DNA from: Utricularia gibba
Lineage: Eukaryota > Plantae > Magnoliophyta
Direction of reading: 5' to 3'
Assembly: GCA_002189035.1 (NCBI GenBank)
Contig: CM007991.1
Coordinates: 4,898,001 to 4,962,000 of the forward strand
DNA length: 64,000 nt
Part shown: piece after piece, positions 40,401 to 52,806 of the stretch
Layout: every line of letters begins with the position of its first letter
Position numbering within the stretch: position 1 is the stretch's first letter
Program-made: the position numbers and the translations under genes
The notes under the pieces: generated by a model
The model's input: only the letters and a program-made list of their open reading frames with translations
What the model was told of the DNA's origin: nothing
Databases searched by the model: none

Positions 40401-43400
40401 TGAAGAGGTCATCAAAGTTAGTGCTCCGGTCTCAGTCTACTTGATGCAGCAAATGCTAGAAAAATGTTCAGACTCTGGAACATTCTTTGTCCCAATCCGG
40501 GTAGGAACTAAATACATCAGCAGGGCAATGGCCGGATCAAGGTGCTTCAATCAATATGATGCCTTATGAAGTTTATTTAGCACTGGATTTGGAACCCCTT
40601 AGATCAACAAACTTGAAATTGCAACTTGCAACCAGATCAGTGGCCATTCTGGAGGGTATTGCTGAAGATGTTTAAGTTAGAGTTTCTAACACTTGCTATC
40701 CTTGAGACTTTATTGTTGTTAAAATGCCACCAACTAAGGTAATTAATAATACTTTGATTCTTGGATACCCATTCTTAGGTACTACAAATGCTCAGATTGA
40801 TTGTAGGAAATGAGCCATTACTATTGGTTATGCTGATGATATCTCTATTTTCAAGACCAATGAAGTTGAAAAATTCCCAGATGATTTTGCACTTGTGACT
40901 GGAGTTGATGTAGTTGATGAGCTGGTGGAGGAAGTTTTTGATGAAGAGCAGCATGATATTTTGGAAATGTTCCGACATGTAGTTGAGCTCGAAGAGGAGG
41001 AAGCTGAGTACTTAATTCTGGAATGTTTCATTGAGGATAAAGACCTGGTGAAGCTTGGAGAGGTGACTATTGTTGCACCACTAGAGTTGAAGCCTTTGCC
41101 TTCGCATTTGAAATATGCATTTATTGGCCAGAATTCTAAGCCAGTGATTATCAATGCTGATCTTTCTTGTGAAGAAGAGACAAAGCTAATGGATGCTCTG
41201 AAAGCCAACAGCAAAGCCATCAAGTAGACTTTGGATGGTATAATCGGAATTAGTTCTTCTGTCACAATGCAGAATTTATCTTGAAGACGGAGCGAAACCA
41301 ATTAGGAAACCCCAAAGAAGGTTGAATCCTACCCTCATGGAGGTAGTGATGAAAGAAATACAGAAGCTGTTGAAAGCCGGAGTCATTTATTCGATTTCCG
41401 AAGAATTTCCAAATGAACAATTCTATGCAATTAAGGCTGATGAAGGGAAGACCGGTGAACCATGGTATGCTGACATCGCCAACTACTTGTGCACTGGAGA
41501 GATGACATCAGACTTAAAGAGCTATGAGAAGTTCAAGCTGAAAAGGGATAGTAAGCACTATTTTTTAGATGACCCCTATTTGTGGAATAATTGTGCTGAT
41601 GGTGTAGTGCGACGATGCTTGGCCCAAGATGACGTTCATCAAGTGTTGGCCTTCTGTCACGCATCTCCTTGTGGAGGTGCTAGATTGTGGTTATTATTGG
41701 CTAACAGTTTTCCAGGATGCTAAGTCTTACTATAAAAGCTGTAAAAACTGCCAGAGAATAGGGAACATCTCAAACCGTCATGAAATGCCAATGTAGTCGA
41801 TTGTTGTTATAGAAGTGTTCGATGTCTAGGGCATAGACTTTATGGGCCTCTTCCCAAACTCGGATGGTTATGAGTACATCTTGATGGTAGTGGACTATGT
41901 TTCAAAGTGGATAGAGGGGATCCCCACCAAGTCACAAGACACTCAAATAGTCATACGCATTCTGAAGAATAATATCTTTGTGAGGTTTGGAACACCCAAA
42001 GCCTTGATCAATGATCATGGAAGCCATTTCTTTAACAAGGCTATGGAGAGAATGCTGAAAAGCTATGGCATCTAGTCAAAGCCATTTAACTCTTACCACC
42101 CTCAAACTAATGGGCAGGCAGAAGTTTCTAATTGGGAGATCAAGCAAATTCTAGAGAAGACTATGACTTCCTCTCACAGGGAATGGAGCTCCAAGCTGCA
42201 TGACACTTTGTGGTGATTCGCACACCCTTCAAAACCCCCATTAGTATGTCTCCCTTTCGTCTTGTATATGGTAAACATTATCATTTGCCTATTGAATTAA
42301 AGTAGAAGGCCAGATGGGCTATCCAACGAGTGAACTTGGAGATTCAATGCAGTGGCGATTTGAGAAAGCTCCAACTTTCAGAGCTTAATGAATTAAGACA
42401 TGAGGCCCACATGAATTCTAAAATCTTCAAGGAATGCACAAAGCAATTTCATGATCACTAGATTCTATGAAAACACTTTGAACCGGGTCAAAAGGTATTG
42501 TTATTTCAATCAAAACTCAAACTTCACTCAGGTAAACTGAAATCTTGTTGGGAAGGACCTTTGGTGATTAAAAATATGAATCGTAATGGCTCCATTGAGT
42601 TGTTTTATAGAGACATGCATAGCTTGTTCACTGTGAATGGTCATAGATTGAAAGTATTTCATGAGCTAATGATTGATGAAGTGGAGCACCCTATGGATGT
42701 TGTGGCATTCTCTGTAAGTGACTTTGCACTTAAGTCTTACCCTAAGACTTATTCTAGGGTCCTCATTGGGAGATAACCAATATTTTCTACTTTTATTTTC
42801 ATTACGCACTTTTCTTTTCTTTCTACATCTTCAGTTATGCAATTTGCCTTATGTGCGGCTACACTTTGTTATTTTGATGGCTTTTCTACCCCATTGCTAG
42901 TTTCCATTAAAATTACTCATCTCTTGTGTAGTCGCATTTCTTTTCTTTATATTTTTAGTTGCACAGGCCCAGTGGGTTCAATCGATGCACCTTTCCTTCT
43001 TTCATAGAACCGTTGCTGCTGGCCTTATGGGTACAATACCTCAAAACCTTGTTTCTAGCGCTCCTATACCCTTTGATGAGACTCACCCACCCTCTGCTAT
43101 TGTGGTTTCACCATCGTGCCAGCACACTCCCTATCCTTCTACTGCCTTACTGCCCGTCAATCGATGCACTACTTCACCCTCTCCTGTTGTCACCATTTCT
43201 GCTACTCTGCCACCAAAGCACTTCACCCCTAGACTCTCTCTCACTCCATACAACTTTTTCACGGATTTCTTTGAGAGCAAGGAAATTCCAAAACCCCCAG
43301 AGAGGGTTATTTCGAAAAACGTTGACCTCTGCTACCAGATCCAATCAAGACGCTGCACCAGAAGCCACCCAGAGCACTGCTCTCGTAGAGAATACCACGA

Positions 43401-43810
43401 CGAGACCTGTAATCGAAAAGCGAAGCAGAGTCAAGCAGTGCGTGACTCATAAGACCTACAAAACTTGCAAACAAAGGGCAGTGGAAGAAGATTTGGCAGT
43501 GAAACAATGGGAGGAAGAAAATGTAGCCCAGAAGAAGAAGGGAGCAGTAAAGGACAACAACCGAAAACTTGCAGAAAAAGAGCCTGTACAGACCCAAGTA
43601 GACGTTGAGCCAAAAAAGGAGGCAAACTCCACTATCCGCAGGGAACAGCCAGTGAGAGCCACTAAGGAATGAAAGAAACAGCGTTGAGAAGAGAAGGAGA
43701 CTGGAAAAATGCAGAAGGGAGGAAGAGCAAAACAACGCAAGCTGCAGAAAGGTAAAAAGAAGATGACTGAACCCCCTAATGGACATCACTATGGCAAATT
43801 TGGAGGATTG
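37452..43810 (+). mobile_element. Degraded Athila (Ty3/gypsy) element: LTR fragment, gag, protease, RT/RH deleted, integrase, extra 3' ORF
   Basis: LTR-like taataacac...atgttttcaggtg (37452-37780). Gag KTWFNILEPGSIRSWMEMKKKFFNQFFP; LKPLPSHLKYAFI; RRLNPTLMEVVMKEIQKLLKAG; PWYADIANYL; GLFPNSDGYEYILMVVDYVSKWIE; GPF-like KLKSCWEGPLVI. Confidence 0.88.
38450..39740 (-). mobile_element. Solo LTR family B (copy B3, 1291 bp) inserted in the Athila gag region
   Basis: TGATAAATGG...GTGTCATCA with perfect TSD AACAA (38445-38449, 39741-39745). Collinear with B2. Confidence 0.9.
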
Positions 43811-43889
43811 CTCCATAAGAATGACCGGCGAAGGTGTTCAGTGTCATTTTCTAGTTTATTATTAGGTGTTATCATGTGTTGATCTAGTG

Positions 43890-44345
43890 TTAAGTCGTCC
43901 AATTTAGGATTTATATTGATGAATATTCTATTTCCTTAGAAAAATCTTATTTTCTATTTTGTATATATTTTCCATGTCTTTTCATGCACTTTAACCGAGG
44001 TACCGCAACAGTGGACGAGTAGTGACCTCGCACTCACCACTTGTCATTGGCAACAGATGGGCACATGTGCACAATTCGGTTTTGAAGACAATCGACGGCA
44101 ATCCTCTCGTCTTCTTATTCGTCCAAGGAGGAATCGCATGAGTCTATTCCCGTGCCTCCTTGTCAATCAGAGTGTAAGGGAGAATATTTATTTCATAGTT
44201 ATTTATTATGTATTATTATGTATTAATTATGTATTAAGTCGCCAAATTATAAATTATATTGATAAGTAATAGATTTTCTTAGAAAAATCCTATTTTTCTA
44301 TTTTCTATATGTTTTTTTTGTCTTTTTTTCACACTTTGACCGACA
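43890..44345 (+). repeat. Degenerate direct repeat (about 110-bp unit, about 345-bp spacing)
   Basis: ttaagtcg(t)ccaa...ttatattgat...cttagaaaaatc.tatttt...cactttaacc/gaccga at about 43890-44000 and about 44235-44345. Confidence 0.6.
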
Positions 44346-45993
44346 CATGTCTAGAGGCAGTCGTGAGTGTTGTAGTAGTATTGCAGGAGGTAAAACTCTG
44401 ACTTTTCGTGCCTTGTACGCGACTTCGAACAATTTTGGGTGGAAGACGGTCACTGGTCAAGACCCTTAACTTACGGCATGTCAGAGTCTGCAGAAATGAT
44501 TGGGTGCTAACTTAGCTTCTGTTAGTGTATGTGTTCTAGAGACAATCAACTCATTGGTAAATCTTATCTTATGATATTTACTTTGAATTGTGATCAAATT
44601 TATATCATGATAAAATCCTCTACTTGATCTATGTGCTATAGAAATTATGATGAGATCATAATGTGAGATTCTTCAAGCACTCATGATCAAGTTAAAAACT
44701 ACCTAGCAAGAGTATTTGTGAAATGAGGATATCACAAATACGGATAAGCTGGGACACATTGAGTTCCCTAAACTATTTAGGCAATGGTTCTCACAATTGA
44801 TGTAATGAGATTACTAGAACCTATGTGTGGGTGTCGATTAGAGAATCGATTCACTGGATGACTCATCTTCGATATGCTACTATGGGAAGCTAACCAAGCG
44901 TCAGTAGCAAGATCTCGAATATGACAGCCGTGCAAGTAAGCTTAAACTTGAGGTCAACAAAGTTATCTTGATCTTAAGCTCACATTTTTGCTCATTACTA
45001 ATGGGAGCCTAACCATGGCTTGCCTAGTATGGATGAGTAGGGATGTGACTCCTTAAGGTTGGAAATAGTTGACTGATCAATAAAGGATTCATCACTCATG
45101 TTAGCGATGAGATCATATCTCAAGTAATTGCATCAAAGCCTAACAGTAAGTCCTGGGCCCAGGGTAATGACACTCGAATTGTTTGAGTAGGTCATTGTGT
45201 GTTAGTGCTTGAATGCAATTATAAGTTCGATACATCAGAAAGACACACACCCATGTTCTGGTATCGAATGAGATATAAGTGTGATGAAAGCTGTTCATTG
45301 CATGGTGGCTGGCCATGTAAAGGCTCAATCAGTTCACCTGATTAATTAATCTTGGGGATCATGATATGTTGCTAGACATCACTCATGATCGATAATGATG
45401 GATTTGATTGATTTAGAAAGAATTAATAAATCCATTATTACGGCCTTGATTGAAGAAGCCTATAGGGTCACACACAATAGTGGAGTTACTAATCGATATA
45501 AAATGGAATGGCACAATTACATGAGATGTAATTGGTAAAGTGGATAAATTAAATAGAGAACTATTTTGAGATTAATATTGATTAAACTCAAAATAGATCT
45601 TTATGGAGATTAATATTGATTAAAGATCTCATATAGTTATGATTTGATATGTCACAAAAAAATCTATCAAAAAGATTTAGATCTTGAGATCTGCTCCAAA
45701 GTCTTCGTGCTCTCTGAGACTGATCCACAAGGAGGCGTTTTTCTGTACTAGCACCTGAGAAATTCGATCAGCATTCAAGAGCCTTGAGAAGGTTATCGAC
45801 GGAGTGCTCCACGTGTGGATACCATAGAGGCCGTCTGCTATTGAGGTTGGTGAACAACGGAGTCATCTGAAAGGTATTTTGAACATCCCTTCATCTGATG
45901 TATACCGTTTTCCAAGATCTACGTTGGGGCTTTCTCAAAATTTTTAAAATGTCGCTGGTATTGAGACATACGATTCTACTAGAAACCCAACAG

Positions 45994-46004
45994 TGGTATC
46001 AGAG
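45994..46004 (+). promoter_or_regulatory. Primer-binding site (tRNA-iMet) of the Angela element
   Basis: TGGTATCAGAG lies 1 nt after the LTR end CCCAACA (45992). Confidence 0.92.
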
Positions 46005-46039
46005 TGAGGTTCTGGAATACGTGTATACGTTGGAATCTT

Positions 46040-46220
46040 TGCTGATTTTTCGAGATGTTCTCGTATGTTGCCTTGCCGGTGACACATTAGAATCCTTGCT
46101 GATTTTGCGAGATGTTCTCGTATGTTTAGCATGTGATTTTTCGAGATGTTCTCGTATGTTGCCTTGCCGACGATCATCATAAAAGTATGTGATTTTTTGA
46201 GATGTTCTCATATGTTGCGT
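46040..46220 (+). repeat. Four copies of an approximately 26-nt motif in the Angela 5' leader
   Basis: gatttt(t)cgagatgttctcgtatgtt near 46045, 46102, 46135 and 46193. Confidence 0.85.
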
Positions 46221-49200
46221 TGTTGGTGATCATGATAATAGCATGTGATGCACGAAATCTGATTGTGTTGGATTGTTTTGCTGCCTTATGATGCACGAAA
46301 TTTTATTGATGATTGATGCTTTAGAGAATCATATCTTACGTGTATAGTTGTGGGGCATGATGGCCTTTGCACGAATTTTGATCATGTTGATCATATTGGT
46401 TAATTATCGATGCATATGATGTTTGATAATTTATTTTTGACCAAGGCATCTAGGGTCAGTTAGGATTTTTGAGCTTTATGTATGAAAATCTAGGGAAATG
46501 ATACGTTATGAACAAAAGGGCAAGGGTTGTCAAGATTCCTATCTTATAGGATACCGATATCCATAGTGCAAGTGTTGCCTATGGGAAAATCCCCTACTAA
46601 ATAATTAAGCTTATTCCTTCCACTAATATAAGGAGAACGAGAGTCATTTTTAGTGCATAGAGTTGTTGGCTGACGTCAAGCTCTCCACTACACATGACAT
46701 GTTTGAATTATGGAATTAGATTCACAGTGGGTTGGCTTAACTGATTTTATCAACTTGTTGACTAAAACCAAGGTTGGTAAAATTGGAGGAAAGGTTGAGG
46801 TAAATAGTTTTTACATCAAGAGTTGATGACTCAATGATACAGTGGTTATATGAGAGATACAATTGACATGAGATGACTACCTGTTTCATTCATTAAAGCT
46901 TGTTGAGTACAGTCAAGGTGGAGATGAGTGAAATGGGACACTATCCCACTAAGAAAATCTGATTTTCTCATTTTGTTAGTAAGGGGCTGCCATCTCGAAA
47001 AACATAGTGGGAGTATATCACATTTAGTAAAGACCAGTTAGATGTGATTTAAGGAACACTACATGATGTGCTTACAACGTGAATTTGATATGTCAGGTTG
47101 AAGATATGTCTTCCAGCGTGAATTTGAGATCCATTCTAGAGTCCAACAAGTTGATTGGCTTGAATTTTACTGATTGGCACCGCAATTTGAGAATTGTTCT
47201 CAAGGCGGAGAAGATTGCTTACATCCTTGAGCAAGATGTTCCTGCACAAACCAGGGCTAATGCAGCTGAAGATGTTCGGCGTGCATATCAGAAGTATCTA
47301 GATGATGATGAGCTTGTCTCCTATATAATGCTTGCTTCAATGGCCCTTGATCTCCAAAAGAAGTATGAGGCTATGAGTTGTCAATAGATGAAAGCACACC
47401 TTAAGGATCTATTTGACGAGCAGTCATGGCTTGAAAGGTTCAAGACATCAAAGCTTCAATTGTCGCTTGGCAGAAGAATGTTCTGCAGCTGATCATGCGA
47501 CATTGATGTTGAGTTACATTGACAAGTTGTCCACTCTTGGTTTTGTGTTGGATAAGGACTTGAGTATTGGCTTGATCCTCACTATTTGATAGCTATTCAC
47601 AGTTTGTGATGAACTATCAGATGAACAAGATGGATCAAATTGTTCCTGAATTGATTCAGTTACTCAAGTCTGTTGAGACAACTATCACAAAAGAACAAAA
47701 GAACGTCATGCTTATCTCTTCAAGGAAAAAGGTTCCAAGAAGAAGAGTCATGACAAGAAACTCAAAGCTAAAAGTGAGATCAAGAAGAAGAAGCCAGTTG
47801 AAAAACCGGCTAAGGGTGAAGCCTTCGTGTGGGAAATCTTGTCATTGGAAGAGAAATTGCAAAAGTTACTTAGAGTCAATCAAGGGCAAGAAGTAGAATG
47901 AAAATTCAGCTTCAAGTATAATGGTTATTGGGTGTTAGATTCTGGTTGTGGTGCTCACATTTGCACTAACAAGCTGGACCTAATGAGTAGTAGAATCTTG
48001 AAGAAAGGCGATGTTGACCTAAGAGTTGGGAATGGTGCACGAGTTGCTGCCATGGCAGCTGGGACTTGCCACATCGCCCTACCTTCTAGATTATATCTTG
48101 AATTAGATTCCTTTTATTGTGTTCCCCCATTGTCTAAGAACATCGTCTCTATTTCTTGGTTGGACAAGATTGGTTTCGAGTTTTCTATAAAGAACAACTG
48201 TTGTTCCATACGACGTTGGAATGAGCATTCTAGTATTGCTATGATAGTAAACAAAATATATGTTTTGGATCAGCATGATTCAAAACGAATTCACATGTGT
48301 ATAAAAGGCCAAGGATTGACAATATCTTGAATTCTTACCTCTGGCATTGTCGTTTAGGTCATATAAACAAGAAGCGTGTTGAGTACTCATATCGATTGGA
48401 ATATTTGGACTCAGAAGATTATGAATCTTATGAAACATGCAAATCTTGTTTATTAGGCAAAATGACAAAGCAACCTTTTTTAGGAAAAGGAGCAAGAGCT
48501 GAAAATTTATTGGATTTAATACATTCTGATGTATGTGGTCCAATGAGCATCACTGCTAGAGGAGGTTTCTCGTATTTCATCACTTTTACGGATGATCATT
48601 CAAGATACGGATGCATCTACTTGATGAAACGAAAATCTGAAGCCTTTGAAAAGTTCAAAGAGTTTCGGATAGAGGTCAAGAACCAACTTGAGCATTCCAT
48701 CAACAAACTTTGATCCGATCGTGGTGGGGAATACTTGAGTAATGAATTTAGGAATCATCTGAAAGACAATGGTATTGTCTCAAAAAGAACGCCTCCTAAT
48801 ACACCTGAGCACAATGGTGTTTCTAAGAGGAGAAATCGAACTTTGCTTCACATGGTTCGATCCATGATGAGAACTACCAAAGTCCATGTGGGGATATGCT
48901 TTAGAGGCAACGGCTCATGTTTTGAACAAAGCCCCATCGAAATCGGTTGAAACCACTCCTTATGAGATTTGGACAGGTAGAAAACCGAGTTTCTCCTACC
49001 TCAAAGCTTGGGGATGCCCTGCTTATGTAAGAAGGTTGAAGTCAGATAAGTTGGAAAACAAATCTAACAAGTGTTTCTTTCTGGGATATCCACAAGAAAC
49101 CATGGGATACTACTTCTATAATCCTCAAGAAGGAAAGGTTTTCATCTCGAGGAATGCTGTTTTTTTAGAGAAAGAGTTTCTCCTCAAAGAAGCAAGTGGG

Positions 49201-52101
49201 AGTCGTTTTGAACTTGAGGAGATGTTTGAGAACGAGCCAGTGAAACCTATAGAGACGCCAGTGGGTGACTCAAAAGGTAATCTAGGCTCACCATCTCGAA
49301 ATTGTGTCCCAGAAGCTGGTAATGTACCAGTGAGCAGTCAACTTGAGCAATATGACTTGCCAAATGTACCAAGCACGTTTTCTGTCAGAAGATTAGTACA
49401 ACAACGTAACCCTATTGTGAGATATGGTTTCATTGTTGATGCCGAAGGCATGGGAGACCTCATATTAGATGAGGAACCTCAGACTTATGACGAAGCAATC
49501 AATAGTGCCGAGTCAAATAAATGGCTTGTTGTCATGGGGGCAGAAATGGATTCCATGTATGAGAACAATGTTTGAACATTGGTCAATGCTCCAGAGGGAG
49601 TAAATCCTATTGGATGCAAATGGGTATTCAAAAGGAAAACTTACATGGATGGAAATATATCTACCTATAAGGCACGACTTGTGGCAAATGAGTATCGTCA
49701 AAAACAAGGTGTTGATTATGACGAAACCTTCTCGCCTGTTGCGATGCTGAAGTCCAATCGAACTTTACTTGCCATTGTTGCTCATTTTGATTATGAGATA
49801 TGGCAGATGGATGTGAAAACAGCCTTCCAAAATGGAAATTTGGCTGAGGAAGTGTACATGACACAACCTGAAAGTTTCACATAAGATCCTAGTAAAGTGT
49901 GTAAACTGACCAATCCATCTATGGGCTAAAGCAAGCTTCAAGAAGTTGGAACATCAAATTTGATGAGACAATCAAAGAGTTTGGTTTCTCTCAAAATGAA
50001 GATGAACCTTATGTATACAAGAAGGTAGATGGCTTGGCAATCGTATTTCTTATACTATATGTGGATGACATATTAGTAATGGGAAATGATGTTGCAACAA
50101 TGCAATCAGTAAAAATCTGGTTATCCAAGAGCTTTTCAATGAAAGATCTTGGAGATGCGGCTTATATATTGGGCATAAATATCTATAGAGATAGATCAAA
50201 GAGATTGATTAGATTATCACAATCAACCTACATCGATAAAGTATTAAAGAGGTTTAACATGGCTGATTCCAAGAGAGGTTTAATGCCCATGACACATTAG
50301 GCACTTTCAAAAGCGATGTGCCCCAAGACAGAAGAAGAAAGGGATCAGATGGCTCGAATCCCAAATGCTTCTGCTATTGGGTCAATAATGTACGCCATGC
50401 TGTGTACTAGACCAGATGTGTCATATGCTTTAAGTTTTACAAGCAGATATCAGTCGAACCCTGGAATGGATCATTGGACCGCAGTCAAGAGCATTCTTAA
50501 GTACTTGAGAAGGACTAAAGACATGTTCTTGATTTACGATGGTAAAGGTCTCCAAGTGGAAGGATATGCTGATGCAAGTTTCCAGTCTGATCATGACGAC
50601 TTGAAGTCTCAATCAGGATACATATTCACCCCGCAGTCATTTGGAAGAGTTCGAAGCAAGAAACGGCTGCTGATTCAACAATGGAAGCAGAGTACATTGC
50701 CGCCAGCGATGCTGCAAAAAAAGCTGTTTGGATTAAGAAGTTTATCAGCGATCTAGGAGTACTCCATAATGTTGAGGATCCTATACTCCTATATTGCGAT
50801 AACTCTAGGCCTATTGCCAATGCTAAGGCACCTCGATCACATCAGAAATCCAAACACGTCTTCGACACTACCACGTGATCAGAGAGATCATTGGTAGAGG
50901 CGATGTCAGAATTGAGAAAGTGGACACAATGGAGAATGTAGCAGATCCACTTACAAAGATGCTTCCACAAAAGGTCTATGAGATGCACATAGAGTCCACA
51001 GAAGATCTCGAATATGACAGCCGTGCAAGTAAGCTTAGACTTGAGTTCAACAAAGTTATCTTGATCTTAAGCTCACATTTTCCCTCATTACTAATGGGAG
51101 CCTAACCATGGCTTGCCTAGTATAGATGAATAGGGATGTGACTTCTTAAAATTGGAGATAGTTGATTGATCAATAAAGGATTCATCACTCATGTTAGCGA
51201 TGAGATCATATTTCAAGTAATTGCATCAAAGCCTAACAGTAAGTCCTCGACCCAGGGTAATGACACTCGAATTGTTTGAGTAGGTCATTGTGTGTTAGTG
51301 CTTGAATGCAATTATAAGTTCGATACATCAAAAAGACACACAACCATGTTCTGGTATCGAATGAGATATAAGTATGATGAAAGTTGTTCATTGCATGGTG
51401 GCTGGTCATGGAAAGGCTCAATCTGTACACCTAATTATTCTTTAATCTTGGGGATCATGATATGTTGCTAGACATCACTCATGATCAATAATGATGGATT
51501 TGATTAATTAAGAGTTAATTAATAAATCCATTATTACGGCCTTGATTGAAGAAGCCTATAGGGTCACACACAATAGTGGAGTCACTTATCGATATAAAAT
51601 GGAATGACACATTTACATGAGATGTAATTGGTAAGGTGGATAAATTAAATATAGAGTTATTTTGAGATTAATATTGATTAAAGTCAAAATCAAAGATCTC
51701 ATATAGATATGATTTGGAATATATACATATCTCCACAGGATAAGTACTTTATGGAGATATGATTTGATATGTTACCAAATATCTATCAAAAAGATTTAGA
51801 TCTACAGATCTACTTCCAACATCTTCATGCTTTCTGAGATTGATCCACAAGGGGGTGATTTTCTACACTAGCACCTGAGAAGATCGATCAGTATTCTACA
51901 GCATTGAGAAGGTTATCGACGGACTGCTCCACATGTGGATACCATAGAGGCCGTCTGCTATTGGCGGTTGGTTAACAACGGAGTCCTCTGAAAAGTATTT
52001 TCAACATTTCTTTATCTGATGTATACCGCATTCCAAGATCTATGTTGGGGGTTTCTCAAAAATTTTTAAATTCCGCTGCTTTTGTGACATAAGACCCAAC
52101 A

Positions 52102-52314
52102 TTTACTGCTTCCTTTCTCTCACTTCCTACCACGTGTTTGCCTCTAGAAAATCTAAAATAAAACTAACAAAAATATTAGATAAAATACAAAATTTAGGAT
52201 AATTTCCCTAATCTAGACAAAAATCTCAATCTTATATTATAAACTCTTAACTAAACAACTTTAATTATATTTAGATATAAAAACAATCTAAAAGATAGTG
52301 AGAAAATGACACTT
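52102..52314 (-). mobile_element. Family-G LTR fragment forming the right flank of the Angela element
   Basis: The reverse complement matches 12904-13110 (aagtgtcattttctca...gagtttata.tataagatt...ttttctagag..cacgtg.tag.aagtgagagaaag). Confidence 0.7.
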
Positions 52315-52806
52315 AAGAAGGGTCAATCAATAAATCAAGAGCCCAAAAGAATCAAGAGATATTGAAGGGATTATGTGCTAATCAACAAATCAATGAAGAG
52401 TATGGTATTAAGTTCAATCAACTCAAAGTGGACCAAGTTGAATAAAGTTGAACCATTACTTTCTAGCTCACTTCTAGTACTTTTAATTTGATTAGGCTCA
52501 TTTCTATACCTATATAAGAAAGGTTTCGCTCTTGTTTAGGGAGAATTCTAATTGTAATATGTTCTGAGAGCAACGCTCCTTCCTTGAATTCTTGTAGAAT
52601 TTTAGATTTATCAAGCTTTACTTGTGTTATCTAGTGTGATTTATCACTCCCATTTCTTTCGTTTTTATGTGAGTGTGGTACCATTTTCATCGTTTGAGTT
52701 GCAAAGATATTCATTCATTGAGGATGAACTTCTTTTTTTGAAGGATCGCTTCATTTGAAACCCAAAATCTGGTTTGCTAATACTTGTTGTTTGGTGAGTT
52801 GTATCA
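52315..52806 (+). mobile_element. CRM-type LTR lacking its first ~80 bp (copy D2)
   Basis: Collinear with 6355-6839 (ctaatcaacaaatcaat, tctagctcacttctagtactttt, cctatataagaa). Ends GTTGTATCA; no PBS follows. Confidence 0.75.

Larger units (their letters stand above)
44520..52101 (+). mobile_element. Angela-lineage Ty1/copia element, degraded: 5' LTR 44520-45992, gag-pol about 47106-50995, 5'-truncated 3' LTR about 51002-52101
   Basis: LRSILESNKLIGLNFTDWHRNLRIVL (gag); LDSGCGAHIC (protease); LWHCRLGHINKKR and DLIHSDVCGP (integrase); IWQMDVKTAF and LYVDDIL (RT); EAEYIAAS (RNase H). Multiple stops and frameshifts; no TSD (GCTTC vs TTTAC). Confidence 0.93.
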
